A stretch of DNA of 64,000 nt from Gemmatimonadaceae bacterium (GTDB taxonomy: Bacteria > Gemmatimonadota > Gemmatimonadetes > Gemmatimonadales > Gemmatimonadaceae): positions 1,191 to 65,190 of the forward strand of contig JBQTIF010000011.1 of assembly GCA_052388395.1 (NCBI GenBank), given 5' to 3'. Below are positions 9,037 to 17,976 of the stretch, one piece after another (position 1 is the stretch's first letter; every line of letters starts with the position of its first letter). The translations under genes were made by a program, and so were the position numbers. Under the pieces are notes generated by a model. That model did no database searches. It saw nothing but the letters and a program-made list of their open reading frames with translations, and was not told the origin of the DNA.

Positions 9037-9546
9037 TCAACTACGCGTGACCGCAAATCGACGACGGAGCAAGGGCACTATCGCCAGCGATCCGCCATAA
9101 ATGAGATGTGCGAGTGTGAATGACGTCGTTCCGTTCACCGCTTCGCGCATCACTGGATTCGCGACCGGAAGGACGAACTGCAGCGTGACGAGCATAACGA
9201 TCAGCCCGTAGATGAGACCCGCGATGAGCGCCAAACCCGCAGTAGCTTCACGCGGGAGAATCGCGGCGAAGAGTACTCCCCATGCGACCGACGCGGCGAT
9301 GTACAAAAGGAGACCATATACGATCACACCAATGCCGCCTTCCAGCGCGCCGGCACCGACAAACGTGGCGCCAGTTAGGCGAAATGGTGACAGAATGTCC
9401 GAACCGCCCATGATCGACGTGCCCATGGCGAACAACGCCATGCACGCGCCGCCCACCATGCCACCGCGCGCGCCCGAGACGAGGGTATCGCCAACACCGA
9501 TCTGCTGGACGACGGCGACTTCGCTGCGGATCCCTCGTGCTGCCAT
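9037..9546 (-). CDS. Hypothetical 4-TM membrane protein (paralogue of 9677..10390)
   Basis: Shared pattern F.L.GATF.G...NPV(M/L)REAV with the neighbouring gene. Confidence 0.55.
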   Translation of the reverse strand: MAARGIRSEVAVVQQIGVGDTLVSGARGGMVGGACMALFAMGTSIMGGSDILSPFRLTGATFVGAGALEGGIGVIVYGLLLYIAASVAWGVLFAAILPREATAGLALIAGLIYGLIVMLVTLQFVLPVANPVMREAVNGTTSFTLAHLIYGGSLAIVPLLRRRFAVTRS

Positions 9547-9676
9547 GGTTACTCCAAGCCTCGCGGTCGTCTCACGTTCTCAATGCGCGGTGACAACGCG
9601 CGCATGGGTGCCGCGCGTAGCGAGTGCAACTCGCGCGCCCCGCCCCGATGCGGACTCAGCCGCTAGCCGGTCGTCG

Positions 9677-10390
9677 TTAGGATGCGCCGCGCGGATGCCG
9701 CTGCAGTGACTTAGCCGGTCGGCCGAATAGCTCTGCTCGGCGCAGTACCCTTTTCGCGCGCTTCGTGCGGGGGGCGCTCGCGCCCGAATGCGTGGCTGGT
9801 AGCGTGGCCGGTAGCGTGGCCGGTAGCGTGGCCGGTAGCTGCGGACGCCTAACGACGAGTGCTCGCCGGCTCGCCTGAACAAGGCGCACGCGCACGCTCT
9901 CATCCTGATAGTAGTGCCAGTACACCGGGACAAGGCCAAGCGTTAGGCCGAAAAGCACATGCTGGATGATCCAGGACCGCGGAATGGTATCGACCGCCTC
10001 GCGCAGCACAGGGTTCACAACAGGCGTCACCACGAAAGTCATGGCAAGGAGAACGGCGAGCGCGAAACCGAGCCCCGCCCCTGTCGCGAAGCGGCAGGAG
10101 GAGCAATTCGGAATCAGCGCCGTAAAGAGGATGCCGAGCGTCGCGGCCGTCGTAGCGTGCACGAACAAGCCGTACATCGCGCTTACGAATCCAGCTGGTG
10201 CTAAGTGGTCACCGGTGAACGTCGCGCCGATCAATTCGAACGACGACAGCAGTCCCACTCCATGCCAGACGGACGTGAGAGTGGCCCACAGCGCCATTGC
10301 AAGACCTGCAGTCAAACCGGCTGCTGCCCCGACGATAACGATGTCGCGGTTGCTGGGGGATGGCTGAATGATTACTTCGCTCGTATCCAA
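9677..10390 (-). CDS. Hypothetical 4-TM membrane protein with basic low-complexity tail containing (ATLP)4
   Basis: Paralogue of 9037..9546. Its stop TAA lies inside a CGTTAGG copy (9675-9681). Confidence 0.55.
   Translation of the reverse strand: MDTSEVIIQPSPSNRDIVIVGAAAGLTAGLAMALWATLTSVWHGVGLLSSFELIGATFTGDHLAPAGFVSAMYGLFVHATTAATLGILFTALIPNCSSCRFATGAGLGFALAVLLAMTFVVTPVVNPVLREAVDTIPRSWIIQHVLFGLTLGLVPVYWHYYQDESVRVRLVQASRRALVVRRPQLPATLPATLPATLPATHSGASAPRTKRAKRVLRRAELFGRPAKSLQRHPRGAS
9792..9839 (-). repeat. 12-nt coding tandem repeat x4 (GTGGCCGGTAGC)
   Basis: Copies at 9792, 9804, 9816 and 9828. They encode ATLP repeats on the minus strand. Confidence 0.85.
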
Positions 10391-10473
10391 CGTAGGCCTC
10401 CGAGGGCAGCTTCAGCTCGACAGCGGTCGAGTCGCCTAACGGCAGTGCCCTGCGCGGCTTACAACGCAAACGG

Positions 10474-10506
10474 CGCACCAGTCCCGTTGTTGCAGAGACT
10501 GGTGCG
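10474..10506 (-). terminator. Hairpin downstream of SDR gene 10523..11656
   Basis: CGCACCAGTC (10474-10483) pairs with GACTGGTGCG (10497-10506). 10-bp stem, 13-nt loop. Confidence 0.45.
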
Positions 10507-10522
10507 TACTGCTGAGCGGCAA

Positions 10523-11656
10523 TTATTTGCTACGGGCCTTCCAGGCCTCCAGAACCTGCCGTTCTCGCTCGGCTGTTATGCCGGCACGTAGCGTCGCCTG
10601 CCGTTCAGCCGGCTGAGCGTGGTAGTAGTCAAGCGTGTCCTTCGCGGTCACGGCTAGCGGACGGAACGTGAGCCCTAACGAGATTTCTTTGGTAATGTCG
10701 AAGCGACCGAACCCGGCCGTGCGGCCGCGCGACGGTTGCCAGACGGGCATTTCCCGATACCCTCGCACGTCGTGCATCGTGAGGAAGTCGGTATCGACCC
10801 ATGTGAACACAGCGTCAGAAGTCGTCACTGCTTTGATGCCGTGGAGCAGCTCAGCGAAGGAATAGCCGTTTCTCGGGCCGAGCCCGTTGTAAGTGCCTAC
10901 GACTTCGTTTTCACATAACCTGATCATCCATTCGCAGAGATCGCGCACGTCGATCACCTGAACGCGATCACTACCGTCGCCGGGAGCAAGTATTTCACCA
11001 CCTCGCTCTATGCGAACCGGCCAGTAGGTGTAGCGATCAGTGAGGTCCCCAGGACCTACGATCAAGCTGGGCCTAACGACGAGCGTGCGTCCGGGAAAGT
11101 GTTCGTGAGCTGACTTCTCGGATTCAGCTTTGGCCAAGCCGTATGGCAGGTTCTGGCCAGGCTGCACAGTGCTTGTCTCGCGAGTGAAAACCGGCGCGTC
11201 GACAGTCATCGGCACACGGCTGGTGTCGGCGTACACCGATCGTGTCGACGTGAAGACGTAGCGCTTGACGGATTTCGATAAGAGACCAGCCGTCAGCTCC
11301 ACCCACTTCGGATCGGTTGCGGAATTGTCGATGACAACGTCCCACTCGCGACCTTCGAGCGACTTGAGATCGCCGTTGCGATCGCCGATGAGCTTTTCGA
11401 CGCTGGGAAAGAGCTGTGGGTTCGTGCGTCCTCGATTGAACAACGTGATCGTGTGCCCGCGATCGAGCGCATGCTGCACATGATACGGGCCGATGAAGTT
11501 CGTCCCACCCAGGACGAGGATGCGCAACTTGGCACGCGGCTGGTGCCGCGGGATGTGAATGCCGAAGTTGCCGTGCGGCGTTAGGCTCGGTAAAAGGCCA
11601 AGGCCCAATGCCCCCGTAGCGGCAGAGCGTACAAAGTCACGGCGAGACGTTGTCAT
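10523..11656 (-). CDS. Tat-signal NAD(P)-dependent epimerase/dehydratase-family (SDR) protein
   Basis: Twin-arginine N-terminus MTTSRRDFVRSAATGALG. Rossmann motif ILVLGGTNFIGP. Paralogue of 26127..27293. Confidence 0.75.
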   Translation of the reverse strand: MTTSRRDFVRSAATGALGLGLLPSLTPHGNFGIHIPRHQPRAKLRILVLGGTNFIGPYHVQHALDRGHTITLFNRGRTNPQLFPSVEKLIGDRNGDLKSLEGREWDVVIDNSATDPKWVELTAGLLSKSVKRYVFTSTRSVYADTSRVPMTVDAPVFTRETSTVQPGQNLPYGLAKAESEKSAHEHFPGRTLVVRPSLIVGPGDLTDRYTYWPVRIERGGEILAPGDGSDRVQVIDVRDLCEWMIRLCENEVVGTYNGLGPRNGYSFAELLHGIKAVTTSDAVFTWVDTDFLTMHDVRGYREMPVWQPSRGRTAGFGRFDITKEISLGLTFRPLAVTAKDTLDYYHAQPAERQATLRAGITAERERQVLEAWKARSK

Positions 11657-11713
11657 GGAGGGGGAGAGGAGTGCGACAAGGTCCAGGACGGCCCGGTCGC
11701 TGTCAAATTCCTC

Positions 11714-12330
11714 TTAGCGACCTGGCGCTTTCAGGCTATCGACTCGCCTACGCAGTCCGGCCTGCGATGGTTGGATTGCTAGCGCTTGTTCGTAGTACTC
11801 GATCGCTTTCGCCTTGTCAGAAGGCTCCAAAAGCTTCCCCAACGTCGCCAGGATTGAGACCGATTTGGGGAAGAACTCCAGGTTGAGCTGATAAACGGCG
11901 ATCGCGTCCGGCGTACGCTCCGCAGGGGCCAAACGTTCGGCCCAGAAGGTCATCTCCCACTCTCCAAAGTCATAGGCTCCGGCCATGCCGAGGTTCTCGA
12001 GTAATACGCGGTACCGTGCGACGGCGGCAGTGATGCCGGAGTCTGAACGGACGCGTTGGAGGTTCCGCGTGAGCAGCAGCGGCGGCGCGCGCCGCGATGA
12101 CACGTTTTGCACTCGATCCTAACCGGGTTCGGTCCAACTCCCGGAAGCGTCGGAATAACGACGCGATTAAGGCTATCGACCATCTGAAGCATGAATCGCG
12201 CTTTCACTTTGTCCGGGTCGTCATCCTTCGCGGCACGCGCACCCACTCGCGACGCGTATCGCGTCGCGCATCCCGCTCCGCCGCCGCAGAACGTTATCTG
12301 CTCCTTATAATAGCGCTGCGGTATTGGCAT
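11714..12330 (-). pseudogene. CytoC_RC-like c-type cytochrome with TPR-like C-terminus, split by a 1-nt frame change near 12085-12095
   Basis: ORF 11950..12330 ends ...IECKTCHRGARR. ORF 11714..12112 continues in another frame as PPLLLTRNLQRV... The break lies in a GCGCGCCGCCGC run, so an assembly error is possible. Confidence 0.5.
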
Positions 12331-12333
12331 AGA

Positions 12334-13761
12334 TTAACTCACCGGTACACGAGTGCCCGTTAGGCTTTTCACCAAGCGATACATGAACTCCATCCCCTCA
12401 TAGAACGCGCGCGCGGGAATGCGCTCGTTCATGCCATGGGCGAACGTTTCGGGATAGAAAAAACCGGACACGCCGTACACTGGAATCCCGGCGTTGCGCA
12501 GAAACAGACCGTCGGTTGCCCCCGTGCTCATCGTCGGGATAACGGGAACGCCAGGCCAGAGCTCCTTCGTTAGACGTTCGATCTCCCTCATGAGCTCCGG
12601 CGTCAGCGGTGACGGCGGCGAGTTGCGCGCTGTGGTCTGCGCCGAGACAGTGACTTTGGGGTTCGCGATGACGCGCTCGATCGTCTTCCTTATGTCGTCC
12701 GGCGACTCGTCAGGCAGAATGCGGCAGTTCACGTTCGCGCGCGCCCGTTGCGGCAGTGCATTGCTGGCGTGACCACCTTCCAGCAGCGTTGCCACGCAGG
12801 TCGTGCGCAGCTGGGAATTGTACGCGGGGTCCTCGGCCAGAATCGCCGTGGCCTTTGGGTCATTCGGGTTCTCGACGATCGCACGCATTGCGTCCGCCAG
12901 CTTTCCTTCAGTGATCGCGGCCGAGCGTTTGAAGTACTCGCGCGTGATCTCATTGAGATGTACGGGAAAGTCGAGGGCGCTAAGCTTCACGAGCGCGTCG
13001 GCAAGGTGCGTGATCGCGTTGTCCTTGACTGGGCGCGACGAATGACCACCTGGGTTCGTAGCTTCGAGCTGAAAGTTCTGGAACTTCTTCTCGCTCGCCT
13101 GAATGTCGTGCGACAGCTTCTTCCCTTCGCGCACGCGTCCCCCGCCGCCTTCATTGAATACGTATTCGGCGTCGATGAGCGAACGGTGCTTCTCGAGCAG
13201 GTATTCCACGCCGTTGGCCGGCCCGCCCTCTTCGTCGGCAGTGAGCGCAACCACTATGTCGCGGTCGGGGACGTAGCCCTCGGCTTTGAGCCGCATGAGG
13301 ATCGCGAGGTGCATGGCGCCGTCATCTTTGTCATCGGCGACGCCGCGGCCATAGAAGGTGCTGTCCTGCTCCACGAACTTGAACGGCGGAAGCGTCCAGT
13401 CTTCGGCCTTTGCTTCGACGACGTCCATGTGCGAAAGCAGAAGGATGGGCTTCTTGCCGCTCGCCTTGCCACGCAGCCTAACGAGTAAGTTCCCTTTCTT
13501 GTCGGCGTTATTGATGACGACGACGTCTGAGTCGGCGAAGCCCGCGGATTTGACGCGAGCTGCCATCGCCAGTGCGGCCTGGTGCGTGTCACCGACGCTA
13601 TGCGTCGTGTTGATCTCGACCAGTTCTTTGAAGAGGTCGCGCGCGAGCGTGTCCCACTTGGTTTTCGCGCCGAGTTGGGCGTTTGCGGACGCTGGGAGAA
13701 GCGCCGCAATGATTAGGGCGCCCGAAAGGCCGCGGCGGATTTGCAATGCGTAGTTTGGCAT
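12334..13761 (-). CDS. Secreted M20-family metallopeptidase (ArgE/DapE/CPG2-like)
   Basis: Start at internal ATG 13761 (MPNYALQIRR... signal peptide). Motifs LLSHMDVVEA and GRGVADDKDDGA. Confidence 0.8.
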   Translation of the reverse strand: MPNYALQIRRGLSGALIIAALLPASANAQLGAKTKWDTLARDLFKELVEINTTHSVGDTHQAALAMAARVKSAGFADSDVVVINNADKKGNLLVRLRGKASGKKPILLLSHMDVVEAKAEDWTLPPFKFVEQDSTFYGRGVADDKDDGAMHLAILMRLKAEGYVPDRDIVVALTADEEGGPANGVEYLLEKHRSLIDAEYVFNEGGGGRVREGKKLSHDIQASEKKFQNFQLEATNPGGHSSRPVKDNAITHLADALVKLSALDFPVHLNEITREYFKRSAAITEGKLADAMRAIVENPNDPKATAILAEDPAYNSQLRTTCVATLLEGGHASNALPQRARANVNCRILPDESPDDIRKTIERVIANPKVTVSAQTTARNSPPSPLTPELMREIERLTKELWPGVPVIPTMSTGATDGLFLRNAGIPVYGVSGFFYPETFAHGMNERIPARAFYEGMEFMYRLVKSLTGTRVPVS

Positions 13762-13885
13762 GCCCGAAAATACGCCTCGGCGCAGGAGCGTGCAGTCCTT
13801 TGTCGCGACCCGCGACGTTCCAATTGGCAATGCACTCTTTAACTGCTCGCCGCGAGCTTTTGATCTTGAAGCCGCAGCGAAGTCC

Positions 13886-14727
13886 CTAATTGCGAGCCAT
13901 GCTCGAGTCGACCGAGCGCAAAAACGCGCGCACGGCAGCATTTAGCGCGTCCGGATTGTCCCACGTCGTGATGTGCGCCGCGTTTGGGATCACCACAACA
14001 CGCGCTCCGGGAACCATTAGATGTCCTGATTCGCCGTAGACATCGTGCTGTCCAGGTCAGCCTGCACCGGGCGTAGCCAGACGTATTTGCCGTAGAACTG
14101 CATGAGCGCGGCCCGGTAGTCAGGGGCTGCGAACTTTCCTTCGGCTTCCCGCAGGCGGATGGCACGTTGCGCCGAATCGGATAGTGTCGTCACGAGGCGC
14201 CGTGCGTTCTTCTCCCACGCAGGGATATCGAGCGCCGAGCTGCCTAACGTGAGACTGATGACACGCTGCGGGTGCATGCGATCGTACTCGACCGCGAGAA
14301 TCGTTCCCCAGGAGTGGCCCAACAGGTGCATGCGTTCGTAGCCAAGGTGCGCTCGGAGCGAATCCAGCTCGGTGACAAAGTGCGCGATGTTGAACTTGGA
14401 GGTATCGCTCAAGCGGTCCGATTTGCCGGCGCCCAGTTGATCGTAACGTACGATCGGTCGATCGTCGCCTAACGCCTCGAGTGACTTCAGCTAGAAGCTG
14501 GCGCAACCGGGTCCGCCGTGCAGCAGAATGAGTGGCGCTCCGGTGCCGGTCCCGGAGAGCTTGTACCAAATATTGCCATCCGGAACCGCTACTCGCTTCT
14601 CCCCGGTGGGGAGTGCGGCAGCAGCCGCAGTCGCGCCTAACGTGTCGTCGGTTTGAGCGGTGCGATCGCCGCAAGCAATCGCCGTCAACAGGACCGTGAC
14701 TCGTCGAAAAGCGCTGCTGCGTGTCAT
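13886..14727 (-). pseudogene. Alpha/beta hydrolase (proline iminopeptidase-like) with an in-frame TAG and a downstream frame break or deletion
   Basis: ...LLHGGPGCASF-TAG(14491-14493)-LKSLEALGDDRPIVRYDQLGAGKSD... continues in the same frame into GHSWG. The C-terminal part MVPGARVVVIPNAAHITTWDNP... (to 13886) is in another frame. Confidence 0.6.
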
Positions 14728-14909
14728 AGAGGCCGCGCCACGGGAAAGGTGCCAATCGAGGCGATATTGGCGCGCGCTAGATGTCGCGGCAAGCCCCTCG
14801 CCAATCGTGGAGTGCCGCGCGATGTTACCCGCCCGTCGTGACAGCGCTACCCCACTCACTGGCACATGGACACCTGCGTAGCGCATCCGATCCCCTCTGG
14901 CAGGCATTC

Positions 14910-16400
14910 ATGACCGGGACGCCGGCGCCCAGCGGCCTCACGCGCCAACTAGGTCTGCTCGGCCTAACGGCGACCGGCATCTGCTCGATGATCGGCGCGG
15001 CGATCAACGTCATCCCGTTCATGATCCATCGCACTGTGCCGGGAATCGGCCCGCACGTGCTCACGGCGTTCGTGGTCGCGGCGGTTCCGGCCATCCTCGC
15101 CGCGCTCGCGTACGCGTTGCTTGCCTCCGCCATGCCGCGCGCCGGGGGCAGCTACGTGTATGCCAGTCGCGGCTTGAACCCATACCTCGGCTTCGTCGCC
15201 AGCTTCTCGCAGTGGTTCGGACTCTCGATCGCGATCGGCGTCGTGGCGTATGTCCTGATTTTCTTCCTGCGCGATATCGCCGTCACGTTAGGTTGGCTTG
15301 GCGTGTCGCAGGCGCTGTCATCGCGCTCGGTCCATTTGGCACTCTCGCTCACCATTCTCTGGACGTTCGTGGCGGTCAACCTGCGCGGCCTCAAGCTGTA
15401 CGAGCGCACGCTCGTCCCGCTGATGTTCTTGATGTTCGCACTCGGAGCCATCGTGATCCTCGTCGGATTTCACTCTAATCAAGCGCAGTTCGCCGCCTCC
15501 CTGCTCGCGCGCGAGGGACGCGCCATTCCCCCGCCGGGGGCCGCACCGCTTTCGCTTAGCACACTGCTCGCAGCATCCGCCATCCTGTTTTCCAGCTTCA
15601 TCGGCTTCGATTCCATCGCGCAGGCTGGCGGTGAAGCAAAGCGTCCCGAACGCACACTGCCGCTCGCAATTACGCTCGCGATCGTGATCGTCGGGACGTA
15701 CTACATCACGTTCGTCGCTGCCGTGTACCACACGGTGCCATGGTCTTTCGTCGCGCAGGAGGCACAGGCTCGCGACGTGACCGCGCCGGGGTTGTTAGGC
15801 TACGTCTTGTCTCCGGGCTGGACGGTCTTGATTGTGGCCGGTGCCGCAACAGCACTCACGAACGATCTTCCGGCGATGCTGTTAGCTGTGTCGCGTCTGA
15901 TGTTCGCCTGGGCGGAGGACGGAATTTTCCCGCGCACTGTTGCGAAGGTGCATCCGAAACGCCACACGCCCCACGTCGCCATCCTGCTGAGCGGTTGCAT
16001 GGCCTCGTTAGGTATCCTCGGGTCGCATTTCGCGCGAACGTTTTTCCTCGGCGTCGACATTCTTGTCACTGCCATGCTGGTGAACTTCCTCATCATGTGC
16101 ATAACGGTGCTCACGCTGCCCAGGCGCAACGCAGAGCTTGCGCGAGCTGTGCGCGTCGTGCCACATCGGCCGTCGCAAATCGTCCTCGCCGCCCTAGGTG
16201 TAGCACTGCTTGGAGTATTTCTCGTCGTGCACACCTGGCGCGACCTCACACAGCCTGTCAACGCATGGTACTTCCGCGCCACATGGCTTTGGTTGTTCGT
16301 CATGCTCGTCGGAACGTTGATCTTCGTGCGCGAAAGGCGCGCCCTGCGACGCCGAGGCGTCGACGTCGCCGCGCTTTGCCGCACGCTGCCACCGGAATAG
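14910..16400 (+). CDS. APC-superfamily amino acid permease
   Basis: About 12 TM segments. N-terminal LGLLGLTATGICSMIGAAINVIPF is typical of APC transporters. ATG at 14910. Confidence 0.8.
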   Translation: MTGTPAPSGLTRQLGLLGLTATGICSMIGAAINVIPFMIHRTVPGIGPHVLTAFVVAAVPAILAALAYALLASAMPRAGGSYVYASRGLNPYLGFVASFSQWFGLSIAIGVVAYVLIFFLRDIAVTLGWLGVSQALSSRSVHLALSLTILWTFVAVNLRGLKLYERTLVPLMFLMFALGAIVILVGFHSNQAQFAASLLAREGRAIPPPGAAPLSLSTLLAASAILFSSFIGFDSIAQAGGEAKRPERTLPLAITLAIVIVGTYYITFVAAVYHTVPWSFVAQEAQARDVTAPGLLGYVLSPGWTVLIVAGAATALTNDLPAMLLAVSRLMFAWAEDGIFPRTVAKVHPKRHTPHVAILLSGCMASLGILGSHFARTFFLGVDILVTAMLVNFLIMCITVLTLPRRNAELARAVRVVPHRPSQIVLAALGVALLGVFLVVHTWRDLTQPVNAWYFRATWLWLFVMLVGTLIFVRERRALRRRGVDVAALCRTLPPE

Positions 16401-16407
16401 CTCACAC

Positions 16408-17889
16408 ATGGTTGTGCAGTCCCAGGTAGAACGCCACCGACTTGCGCGCGACCTCGAAATCTCGCGCATTGTCACTGGCCTGTGGCAGGTCGCCGACATG
16501 GAGCGGCACGACGGTCCGCTCGACGTCGACGCAGCAGCCGCGGCCATGCAAGCCTATCTCCAAGCCGGCCTAACGACATTCGACATGGCCGACCATTATG
16601 GCTCGGCTGAGGACATCGCGGGCCGTTGGCGTCAGCGCGACCCACGCCGCGCCAACGAGGCTGCACTCCTCACGAAGTGGGTCCCGGCCCCATTTCTTGA
16701 CGCCGCTCCTGTGTCGCCGAGTGACGTGCGCGATGCGGTGCAGCGATCCCTCGATCGCTTGCATGGCGATCGTATCGATCTGCTGCAGTATCATGCCTGG
16801 CGTTTCGATGACCCGCGCTGGCTCGAGCACCTGTGGGCGCTGCAAGAACTAAAGCGCGAAGGGTGCATCCGCCACATCGGCCTAACGAATTTCGACAGCG
16901 CCCACTTGCGCATCGCGGTGACGAGCGGCGTCGAGATCGTATCCAACCAGGTCTGCTACTCTGTCATCGACCACCGCGCCCAGGGACGCATGAGTGAGTT
17001 CTGCGCGGCGCACAACATCGCGCTGCTCGCCTACGGCACGCTCGCCGGCGGATTCGTTTCGCCCCGTTGGCTGGACCACCCGGAGCCTAACTGGGACGAG
17101 CTCCCGACGTGGTCAGCGATGAAATACGGCCGCTTTATTCGCGCCGCCGGTGGATGGACGCCTTTTCAGGGCGTGCTTCGAGCGCTGCACGCTGTCGCTA
17201 CGCGTCATGGCGTGTCAATGCCTAACGTCGCGTGTCGTTACGTGCTGGATCAGCCTGCCGTCGCTGGCATCATCGTGGGCGCGCGCCTCGGCGAACGCGA
17301 CCACATCGCTGAGAATCTGCGCGTCTTCCAGCTCCGGCTCGACGACAGTGATCGCGCTACGATCACTCAGGCGGTCGCCGCCCTCACCGCCATTCCTGGG
17401 GACTGTGGCGACGAGTACCGGCGCGCGCCTTACCTCACAGCCTCGGGTGACTTGAGCCACCACGTAACGGACTTCGGCGCGCCGTTCGATGTGCAGAAAG
17501 GCGCCGATGGACGCCTCGTCGCGCTGAGCGGGACGTCATGGGAGAAGCTCGCTGGATTCGGCCGAGCGGTGCGCGTCGGCAACCGCATTTTCGTCTCCGG
17601 TACAACTGCCGCTCATCGAGGCACCGCGATCTCGCCAGCTGATCCCGTTGCGCAAACGCACTTCGTCATCGACAAGATCGCAGGCGCACTTCGTTCGCTC
17701 GGCGGACGGCTGGAGGATGTGGTGCGCACTCGGCTCTTTGTGCGCGACCTGACACATTGGGACGCCGCGGCGCGTGTGCACGGCGAGAGGTTCGCGGACA
17801 TACTGCCAGCCAACACGCTCGTTCAGAGCGGGCTCGTCGGTGACGACTTTCTTGTCGAAATGGAAGCTGAAGCGCTCGTCGGTCGCTGA
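16408..17889 (+). CDS. Aldo/keto reductase fused to a C-terminal RidA/YjgF-like domain
   Basis: AKR N-terminal about 330 aa (GLTTFDMADHYG, IGLTNFD). C-terminal about 130 aa VRVGNRIFVSGTTA...RLFVRDL...PANTLVQSGL...VEMEAEA matches the RidA pattern. Confidence 0.7.
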   Translation: MVVQSQVERHRLARDLEISRIVTGLWQVADMERHDGPLDVDAAAAAMQAYLQAGLTTFDMADHYGSAEDIAGRWRQRDPRRANEAALLTKWVPAPFLDAAPVSPSDVRDAVQRSLDRLHGDRIDLLQYHAWRFDDPRWLEHLWALQELKREGCIRHIGLTNFDSAHLRIAVTSGVEIVSNQVCYSVIDHRAQGRMSEFCAAHNIALLAYGTLAGGFVSPRWLDHPEPNWDELPTWSAMKYGRFIRAAGGWTPFQGVLRALHAVATRHGVSMPNVACRYVLDQPAVAGIIVGARLGERDHIAENLRVFQLRLDDSDRATITQAVAALTAIPGDCGDEYRRAPYLTASGDLSHHVTDFGAPFDVQKGADGRLVALSGTSWEKLAGFGRAVRVGNRIFVSGTTAAHRGTAISPADPVAQTHFVIDKIAGALRSLGGRLEDVVRTRLFVRDLTHWDAAARVHGERFADILPANTLVQSGLVGDDFLVEMEAEALVGR

Positions 17890-17976
17890 TCCTCTACAAA
17901 TCGCTTGCGCAGGCCGCTATTCGCGCGCAGCGTAATACAGTCCCTGCGGTACTAGCTCTCGCCGATCGAGCTGACC

